Part shown: positions 38,801 through 44,727 of the stretch, piece by piece
How the letters are laid out: the number at the start of each line of letters is the position of its first letter
How positions within the stretch are numbered: the stretch's first letter is position 1
DNA from: a virus
Taxonomy: Duplodnaviria > Caudoviricetes
Direction: 5' to 3' (one strand)
Virus record (IMG/VR): IMGVR_UViG_3300036773_000092
Location: 1-44,727 of that record
Length of the DNA: 44,727 nt
Position numbers and translations under genes: made by a program
Notes under the pieces: generated by a model
Seen by the model: the letters and a program-made list of their open reading frames with translations, nothing else
Database searches by the model: none
What the model was told of the DNA's origin: nothing

Positions 38801-40829
38801 TATTTGTATCTACAGCAGCAGTTGCCGCGGTCACCGTCGCAACGCCGCCCAGTGCCAGCACCGGCGATCCGCTGCCTGCCAGAACCGACGTGGTATCGAC
38901 TTGAATTTGGGTCGTGGGAAGGCGATTGTTTGCAGCAGCGTCAGGTGTGCCGATTAGATACTCAGACGTGCAGGTCACGGTGCCTGGCGGCGTTGAATTG
39001 TAGGAGCCAAGCACCAGAGTAACAGCCGTGATGGCACCGCCAGATGCACTTGTCGTGCGAACAACAGAACCATCAGAACAGGTAGCGTACCAGCCCGCAA
39101 CCCAGTCAGTTCCGCCGCCGCCAGCATGCAGCGCAACACCGGTTACGTGATACTGCGACGCGTCGAGCGATGCACCGTTCGAGGTTTGGTGCAGGAGCGC
39201 AAAATTTGATTGGATATCGCCCGAATTCAGAATTTGCGAGCCAGGACCCCGGAAGATAAAGCCTCCGCCAAACTCGCCTACGCCGGTTGCCTGAAACTCG
39301 GTGAGATCCAGTCCACCCGCCCCGGTCATCATCACCGGAGTTGCCGGAGCAGAGCCCCAGCCTTGAGCGTGGACCCGAACTAGTGTGCCGTTGGGATCAA
39401 GCAGGTGATAGTTTGTGACACCGCCGAGATCAATGATGTGTTTGAGTGGCGCGGCGCCTACTCCAGGCGTTGCCGAGTCCTGAGCGCCAAACCGCAGGGC
39501 AACGTCCAGGTCCTTCCCTTGCGCAACACCGTCTAAACCGGAGATGATCTGCAGGCCCACACGCGAATTGGCCGGATATGCCGTGCCATAATTGAGTTCG
39601 TATCCGATAACGGCGACAGCATCCGGGACGCTGATATTGGCCTGGGTGTTAAGCCCGAAAACGACTCCGATCGGAGCGCCGGGAACACCGCCGTACGACG
39701 ACGAAATCGAACCGGACATGAAACCGCCTATCATCTGATAGGAGGTTCCGAGATTGCCTATATACTGCCAGGCGACGACACCATCGGAGCAAGTCAGAGC
39801 AACTACAGAGCAATTCGGTTGCGTTGATCCTGAAACCCCAGATGAGGCAGCCTGAATTATTTTTCCCTGAGAATTTGCAAAATCACCAACATTGTAAGTA
39901 GTGCCTGCCGCCCACAACGGATCGAGAGAGGGAACATACCCAAGATTACTTGCTCTGAAACTGCCACCCTGTCGGTTCGCGTTTCGCGCACCGCCCGTGA
40001 TGACCAAAGACCCAGAGAGGCCAATCTCCGACGCTAGATTGTCCGAGGTGTTTTTCTGCACGAGCATTTGGCCGTTGTGCTGGAAAAACCCAGTCGCACG
40101 ATTGATCGTCAGCAGGTTCGTGCTAACACCCGCGTCGGTGTAGTTTTGTAGAAGTAAATCCTGCCCGGTATTACCAACGCCGGTTTCAGCCGTAGTTGTG
40201 ACGAGTCGCCAGCGTTCAACTCCGGCGGTCCGAAAACGCAGGCCGCTTGCTCCGGTGCCGTTAGAGTTCAAGATAAGTGCCGGATTGGTGACTGTATTGC
40301 CGCCCTCGGTCAAAAAACCACTGAATGTCGCAGTCGTTCCCGTCAGGTTGCCGGTGAGGGTTTCCGCCGTCCCAGTCAGCGTCCCAGTGACACCAAGAGT
40401 GCCGCCGATCGTAACATTGTTGGTGACGATCAAGGCATTCCCGGCTGCCGAAAACGTCGTGACGCCGGAGTTGGTGTGAGCGCCAGCATAGGTTCCAGTC
40501 AGCGTCCCACCAGCAAGCGTAGTCGCTCCTGTGACACCAAGCGTCCCACTGATCGTTGCATTACCAGATAGGCCGAGGGAAGAGCCTGTGATAGCCCCTG
40601 TGGTGAGCGCTCCGCTTGAAATAGCACCACTGACGGCCAGAGAAGGCGACGATAGAGCTCCTGTCAGGGCACCGCCGCCTAAAGGCAAATACCCCGGAAC
40701 TATGGGAGTTCCTGTAAAATGCGGCGAGTCTATGGGGGCATAAGACGGAGAAACGATAGCCGCCAGCGCAACTGGTAGATTAGCTGCGTATATTAGCGCA
40801 GCTAGAGCTACTTGTTTACGGCGGCTCAT
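35850..40829 (-). CDS. Large repetitive fibre/adhesin protein (1659 aa) with N-terminal signal peptide
   Basis: Start 40829 (TAATG overlap, GGAG SD); MSRRKQVALAALIYAANLPVALA-A; three ARADHVHPTDTTRAPLASPTFTG fibre repeats; three RW..E.G.N.G.D knob-like modules; CBM5/12-like WAAGTTYNVGD; C-terminal QVVGARQ...HGLI. Confidence 0.85.
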   Translation of the reverse strand: MSRRKQVALAALIYAANLPVALAAIVSPSYAPIDSPHFTGTPIVPGYLPLGGGALTGALSSPSLAVSGAISSGALTTGAITGSSLGLSGNATISGTLGVTGATTLAGGTLTGTYAGAHTNSGVTTFSAAGNALIVTNNVTIGGTLGVTGTLTGTAETLTGNLTGTTATFSGFLTEGGNTVTNPALILNSNGTGASGLRFRTAGVERWRLVTTTAETGVGNTGQDLLLQNYTDAGVSTNLLTINRATGFFQHNGQMLVQKNTSDNLASEIGLSGSLVITGGARNANRQGGSFRASNLGYVPSLDPLWAAGTTYNVGDFANSQGKIIQAASSGVSGSTQPNCSVVALTCSDGVVAWQYIGNLGTSYQMIGGFMSGSISSSYGGVPGAPIGVVFGLNTQANISVPDAVAVIGYELNYGTAYPANSRVGLQIISGLDGVAQGKDLDVALRFGAQDSATPGVGAAPLKHIIDLGGVTNYHLLDPNGTLVRVHAQGWGSAPATPVMMTGAGGLDLTEFQATGVGEFGGGFIFRGPGSQILNSGDIQSNFALLHQTSNGASLDASQYHVTGVALHAGGGGTDWVAGWYATCSDGSVVRTTSASGGAITAVTLVLGSYNSTPPGTVTCTSEYLIGTPDAAANNRLPTTQIQVDTTSVLAGSGSPVLALGGVATVTAATAAVDTNTLQLATTGYVIGQAASALPLIDGTAAVGTSPRYARADHVHPTDTTRAPLASPTFTGTIGGAAMALTGNATIGGSLGVTGATTMAALTATTGTFSGQLNIGASATVANFLANLNGAATGARKIQWQTAGLGRWDLGLTVAAESGLNAGADLALQRRTDAGAILDAPLTISRATGLTTWLHGSTHNLGTVTLAGAITADQQPINVQVSYAGTNTIDTSAVYNSWLINSDTVQLSGSTTAHGALFAMKPQTGYTGSRIGLGSTMNVLGLSGNLAAGNIGAFNISLWGDITGSVNQGGTGTTPATSFGSIWAALLNARLAPTATNYSLFQGLEIDMNAEGTVNRKHGLQISLGPTDANRGATFDAAIVLTGNQAIPASWKNGFLLGEDSSQWPFASDSTLVGAKLGQNNSAVAAVAQYGIDFLEPTFNGKAFRSQNWSVDGGGVMQIGTGLILPGALGMTIDARAAVGNTADGGGMIVDGGTGVPANNAVLTDPYGGIYFVVSAPGGVATSLAVYRQPSYPSTTTPANPVTLTGRSGFSGTAPTINISWNTGANTLALQTAGGPTTVGGSLAVTGTITGPTTTQAVDTNTTALASTAFMLNQAASALPLIDGTAAVGTSTRYARADHVHPTDTTRAPLASPTFTGLVTMADLSQSGALNFLGGDVEIGSQTAVVPALIDFHSSGTVVDYDARIITTGGSSTIGQGSINIQALALKFNNVNIAVTASPTFTGTPLSTTAAVDTSTTQIATTAFVLAQAASTTPVIDGTAAVGVSTRFARADHVHPTDTTRAPLASPTFTGTVNAAAVTTTGTINSQGALVVGTNTTQQQFSMNGPVANRNVVWQTAGVKRWQVTATGTAEGGANVGSDLQIIASDDTGTPIFTPVTITRSTGLTTMNNLSATITAGTINNAVIGGTTPLAGTFTTLTATTIKVGANQVVGARQTGWTAMTGTPDLSTVFATSTVTLAQLAGRVMALQAALTTHGLIGP
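36892..38696. repeat. Direct repeats in the fibre gene: 50-bp identical core at 36892-36941 and 38647-38696 within longer similar blocks
   Basis: ggactagctaatggtgctcgcgtggtatcggttggatgtacatgatctgc occurs twice; a third copy near 36430-36560 is conserved in protein but diverged in DNA. Confidence 0.9.
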
Positions 40830-41371
40830 TAATACTGCTCCGCATAGATCACTGGTGTGCCACTTTCGGCAATGCAATTCACTGCGTTTTGATTAACTCC
40901 TGCTCCCTGATCATCAATGCCGCCACCGCCGGGCTGCAGAGCAAACGACCCAACTCCCCCAGCGGCTGCTGGAGCTGAGCCTACCAGACCCCACCGACAC
41001 CACTCAACTATAGGTGGCCCTCCTGCTGTGCTGATTCCACTGCTATTGATCATCTTGATCCTGTAGCGCGGGGATGCGCTCGGAGCATTGAAGATCTGTA
41101 CGGCTGAAGTCGATAGGGCAACTCCTCCATTAGCATACGTGCCTACCGTGCCTGTTCCTGGCACTACAGGGAATCCCGTTCCTGGGAGGCCTGTAATCGT
41201 ATAGGTAGTCTTGTGCTCGATATTATCCAGACCCATCTGGGTGATCTGAACAGGACCAAACAGAGTTGCAGACTGCCCCTGAGCGAGGGACTTCAACGGT
41301 TCCTGCAAGGCAAGGATCATCATTGCCAGGAAGACCGCAAGAATTAGCTGCCCTGCATTTGATCTGTTCAT
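40829..41371 (-). CDS. Secreted beta-rich protein, possible fibre base/anchor
   Basis: MNRSNAGQLILAVFLAMMILALQEPLKSLA-Q signal peptide; C-terminal jelly-roll-like strand pattern with two Cys; coupled to the fibre gene. Confidence 0.65.
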   Translation of the reverse strand: MNRSNAGQLILAVFLAMMILALQEPLKSLAQGQSATLFGPVQITQMGLDNIEHKTTYTITGLPGTGFPVVPGTGTVGTYANGGVALSTSAVQIFNAPSASPRYRIKMINSSGISTAGGPPIVEWCRWGLVGSAPAAAGGVGSFALQPGGGGIDDQGAGVNQNAVNCIAESGTPVIYAEQY

Positions 41372-41392
41372 GAACGGCCAAACCTAATGCTG

Positions 41393-41647
41393 TCAGTATA
41401 GCTCTACCTGGGAGAGATCCACAAGGAAGGGCTCAATTTGACCGACATAAGGGAGTGATTTCTCGGCCAATTCAAGCAGCTCTGTGAACTTTGCGACCTC
41501 CTCCAGGTATAGATCTCGATCGTCGGCTATGGCTCTCTTGATCCCGTGCCAAGCCTGTATGCAATTCCCATCCCCCTCTATTGCCCCGTCAACCAGCTTG
41601 ACGAGAACCCGAGGGGAAACGCGCATCTTTGTGGCGATGTAGCTCAT
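41393..41647 (-). CDS. Hypothetical protein
   Basis: 84-aa ORF starting 1 nt after the TerL stop and filling the gap in the operon. Confidence 0.6.
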   Translation of the reverse strand: MSYIATKMRVSPRVLVKLVDGAIEGDGNCIQAWHGIKRAIADDRDLYLEEVAKFTELLELAEKSLPYVGQIEPFLVDLSQVELY

Positions 41648-41648
41648 T

Positions 41649-44204
41649 TCACCGCTTTAGAACCTGAGTCCACTCGCTTGGCAGGATAGCTTGGAGCTGT
41701 GCTGCCTCGCTGATGGCCCTCTCTAGTGGATTTCCCTCGTCAATTGCGCCTGATCCGTCCTTATCCAGCACTGCTGGCCTCTCACGGAACGCAATTGCAG
41801 CCTTTATCGTGTCGGATTGCTCACGATAGTACTGCATGAAGCCTGCCCCGATGAGGTTTGGCTGCGCAAAAGCGAACATCACGGCGTCCCCTTTGTCGGG
41901 GGACCGTCCAATTCTCTCCCTGGTCTTGCGCTTTTCCTCGACCTGAATGCCTCTTACGGTGGAGGACCAACGTGGGGCCGCTAAATCTGCAGCCAATTCA
42001 GGGTCAGGAGGCAGTGCAAGATCAAGACCTAGTACAGGATCTAGAGCTTCACGCAGCATCCACATCCATTCGGAGCGCTGATTTGTGAAGGTCAGCATGC
42101 CTGATCGGTCAGTAGCATGCGAGGTTTCAGCCCCGTTCATGGCTACGATGTCCATATCCATCAGGCGCCCGACATCTACAGGCGATGAACCTACGCCGAC
42201 GACGTCGATTTTGCAGCGCCAATCCTCGAATCCGGCATCCTTGAGCAGCTTGACGATGCTAGGTCCGTCTGGAGTCTGCGACCCAGGGACGCCTCTTAGC
42301 CGGGCAAACCATGCACCTCTGCGTTCCGAGATGATGGTGAAGTGCTTCCCGCCTCGAGAAACGTCAACACCGATGTCTCGAGAGCCTGGGAGGTCATACT
42401 TGTCGCCTCTGACCATGTCCAGAGCAGACGAATTCAATCGCCTCTGCACAGGAGTCAACAGGCTGGAGACGTCAACTCCAAGTCCTCTCTTGCCGTCGAA
42501 GCTCGGCATTGGCAAGGGTTGTATCCCTTGCTGTTGCTGTTCAGGTTCAGGTTGACTCGACTGATTAGACGAGTTGCCGGCACCTTGTTTTCGCGATAGC
42601 GGGGGTCCGTTGTCATGTTCGCGGCGAGGGCCGCTTGCGAGATTAGCGGCGTCCCGGTCGACGGGGCTTCCTAAAGAGCCGCTTAACGGACGAACGGAGG
42701 GATCAAGGTCTTCCGAAGTTTTGTTCCCGCTGATGTTACCTTCGAGCTCGCTGACGCGCGCATTTTGGCCTGCTGAACCAACTCGCTGTAGCGGCACAGC
42801 GCCTCCGCGGCTGTCGCTGACGGGGATCCCAGCGTCTCTGAATTGTTGCTCAACCGCTCCAAAGTGGCTTGGCGCTGTTTGCCTTTGACGATCACCCTCT
42901 CCAGCTCGAACAGATTCGCCAGACTGGTTGGATCCGCTGACAGTGTTGTGTTGGGCATGTTGTGTGTCGTCCTTGTTAACCCTCGTCCGATCTGAGAGTT
43001 CGCCTTCGTCTGAGGCAGTGTCTTGGTCAAGATCAGTGTTGGGATTGAGGCTATTTAGCCTCTTGGTGTGTTCGGACTGGATACGCTCGATCTGCTTGTG
43101 GAGGTACTCCCCATAGGTAGGGGCCCAGCGTGCTTGCGCAGCCAGGATCCAAGCTGTGGGGATTACCTGCCACTCATCATCATCCTCGATGACGTTGAAA
43201 TCGCCGCTAAGCATGCGGGACCTCAAAGGCTCGGGGAGTGCTTGTAGGGTTGCAAGATAGCCGCTTGCCATCAGAGCAGGGTTGTCTTGAACCTTCGCCC
43301 TGATGAACGTCCTTGAGATAGGCTCGACCTGCTGGTACACACCATTCAGAGTAAGCCAGATCGGGGTGTTGTCCGCGACTTCTTCGTCTTCACCCTTCTC
43401 ATTGGTGATATACCAGCGAATCTCACCGGGTTTAGCTGGATTGGCGAAGAGAGGGTCAAGCCACGCAGCCCAATAGCGGTTGACCCACTGGCCTTCGGCA
43501 TGGACTGGCGGATTCCCGGCAGCAATAACCCTGGTCCTGTAGTAATCACCCGTATAAGGATTGATGTGAGTTGACCGATTCCACCCTTTGAGGAACCGGA
43601 ATTGTGCTTCCGTAAAGTGCGTGATTTCATCGAAGCCCTTCAGATCGTGGGGCCTTCCCTGATATTTCTGTTCATCCCCGACATTCTGGCAAGCACCTAG
43701 CTCGACGACTTTGCCACGTAGGTTCGGGGCCAGGAACCGCCAGCTTTGCTGCTGTGAATTGAACCTGGCTTTGCCTTGCAGGAGTTCATCCCCACGTTGC
43801 TTGATCCCTTTGAGCTGGGCAAACTCACGCCTGAAGATGATCGCCTGCCAATGATCCTCAATAGCCGTCCCTAGGAGGAGGTCGGTCTTGCCTCCTCCAG
43901 CTGCACCTCCATAGAATAATTCGTCCGCTTCCGTGAGGAGAGCGAAAGTTTGCGGTCCTGCAAACGGCCTCCACAGTGGATCCTCCCTCCCGTCGTTGAG
44001 GAGGTAATCGACCTCGGAGAGCTCCGCCGGCGTCATGTACTTGAGGAGAGCGTTAAGCTCTTCCTCATTCGTGGGATCTAGGAGGTCATTGATCCGCCAC
44101 TCTGGGACCCTGTATTCCTGCTTCCCGTTAAATGAAGGCCCTTCAGTCCGCGCGCCTGCACCTTGGTTGTGAGAGCTATGAGCTGAACTAGTGTTCGCGT
44201 TCAT
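41649..44204 (-). CDS. terL: Terminase large subunit with ~245-aa low-complexity insertion
   Basis: PQ..A, YGGAAGGGKT (Walker A), FRRE, GFDEITHF (Walker B), AGNPP, DNPAL; nuclease IGVDVSRGG, IDVVGVG, RSPDKGDA. Confidence 0.93.
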   Translation of the reverse strand: MNANTSSAHSSHNQGAGARTEGPSFNGKQEYRVPEWRINDLLDPTNEEELNALLKYMTPAELSEVDYLLNDGREDPLWRPFAGPQTFALLTEADELFYGGAAGGGKTDLLLGTAIEDHWQAIIFRREFAQLKGIKQRGDELLQGKARFNSQQQSWRFLAPNLRGKVVELGACQNVGDEQKYQGRPHDLKGFDEITHFTEAQFRFLKGWNRSTHINPYTGDYYRTRVIAAGNPPVHAEGQWVNRYWAAWLDPLFANPAKPGEIRWYITNEKGEDEEVADNTPIWLTLNGVYQQVEPISRTFIRAKVQDNPALMASGYLATLQALPEPLRSRMLSGDFNVIEDDDEWQVIPTAWILAAQARWAPTYGEYLHKQIERIQSEHTKRLNSLNPNTDLDQDTASDEGELSDRTRVNKDDTQHAQHNTVSGSNQSGESVRAGEGDRQRQTAPSHFGAVEQQFRDAGIPVSDSRGGAVPLQRVGSAGQNARVSELEGNISGNKTSEDLDPSVRPLSGSLGSPVDRDAANLASGPRREHDNGPPLSRKQGAGNSSNQSSQPEPEQQQQGIQPLPMPSFDGKRGLGVDVSSLLTPVQRRLNSSALDMVRGDKYDLPGSRDIGVDVSRGGKHFTIISERRGAWFARLRGVPGSQTPDGPSIVKLLKDAGFEDWRCKIDVVGVGSSPVDVGRLMDMDIVAMNGAETSHATDRSGMLTFTNQRSEWMWMLREALDPVLGLDLALPPDPELAADLAAPRWSSTVRGIQVEEKRKTRERIGRSPDKGDAVMFAFAQPNLIGAGFMQYYREQSDTIKAAIAFRERPAVLDKDGSGAIDEGNPLERAISEAAQLQAILPSEWTQVLKR
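42683..42958 (-). CDS. Candidate overprinted 91-aa gene nested out of frame in the TerL insertion
   Basis: The leader AAGGACGACACACAAC-ATG resembles this phage's other leaders; the ORF lies wholly inside the insertion. Confidence 0.3.
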   Translation of the reverse strand: MPNTTLSADPTSLANLFELERVIVKGKQRQATLERLSNNSETLGSPSATAAEALCRYSELVQQAKMRASASSKVTSAGTKLRKTLIPPFVR

Positions 44205-44727
44205 CAGCCTGCCCTCCGGGCGGCTGCGATGTTCAAAAGTTCCCGGATGCGCTTTGCACGTGGGTCCTCAACCGTAACAGGGGGCCGTTGAGATGCGGCA
44301 AGAGGCTCGCTGCCCGACTGAAGTCGTCCAGGCAAAGACGCACCCGGGAGTTCGTCGACCCCAGGAGAGTGTACAGGCCTGCCGCCAACACGAGAGTGTG
44401 CGTCCGGAGAGGGGAGTGCTCGGGACATGGCTGACCTAGCAGCCCCACCAACGTCAGCAGCTCTGAGCAAGTCTGAGCCACCTCCTGAAGCCTTTGGCCC
44501 AGCCACAGCCCGTGACGACGATGACTGGGTTTGGTTGCTGAGAGTACCTGGTTTCTCAAGCATTCGATGAGGGGTGGGCATGTTCGGGGCATGCCCAAGG
44601 GAAAGCCGCTGCATCTGGACGAGCATCTTCCCGAACTCAATTGCCGTCCTCGGAGACTGAGCTAGTGCTTGCCAGAATAGGCCATTGCCGTCGGCGTCCT
44701 GCCATTCAGGTCGTTTGCCATCGATGA
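44204..44727 (-). CDS. Probable terminase small subunit, 5'-truncated
   Basis: Frame is open to the window edge (IDGKRPEWQ...EFGKMLVQMQRLSLG); stop overlaps the TerL start (TGATG); position fits TerS. Confidence 0.55.
   Translation of the reverse strand, partial: IDGKRPEWQDADGNGLFWQALAQSPRTAIEFGKMLVQMQRLSLGHAPNMPTPHRMLEKPGTLSNQTQSSSSRAVAGPKASGGGSDLLRAADVGGAARSAMSRALPSPDAHSRVGGRPVHSPGVDELPGASLPGRLQSGSEPLAASQRPPVTVEDPRAKRIRELLNIAAARRAG

Noticed and set aside
42375-43124. Intein in TerL (an HN-T tripeptide occurs in QHAQHNT)
   Set aside because: No N-terminal Cys/Ser block A, no TxxH block B and no LAGLIDADG motifs; the HN lies only ~60 aa into the insert, too short for an intein.

Overview
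The window is a 44.7-kb piece of a tailed dsDNA phage (Caudoviricetes, siphovirus-type tail), cut off at both ends, with two convergent arms meeting near 12.4 kb. The + arm (1-12392) carries a Cas4/RecB-like nuclease, a Sak4-like ATPase and an SSB; a 7-deazaguanine DNA-modification cluster (queC, queD, queE, folE, a TGT-fold DpdA-like gene); a lysis cassette; and a UDG-fused family A DNA polymerase. The - arm (44727 to 12423) is the morphogenesis operon: TerS fragment, TerL, a ~9-kb accessory block, portal, protease/scaffold, major capsid, neck, tail tube, frameshifting chaperone, tape measure, GTA-like tail tip and an S74-type fibre. The most striking feature is the block between TerL and portal. 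It holds five consecutive, translationally coupled genes that all begin with apparent signal peptides, including a 1659-aa phage-fibre-like protein, followed by an esterase-GH5 glycosidase fusion. This suggests an exported fibre/appendage system. Also notable are a ~245-aa insertion in TerL with a candidate nested gene, disordered extensions in many core proteins, and microsatellite or CA-rich intergenic spacers. All calls rest on motif recognition by eye; no searches or computations were run. A Gram-negative, probably alphaproteobacterial, host is an inference.
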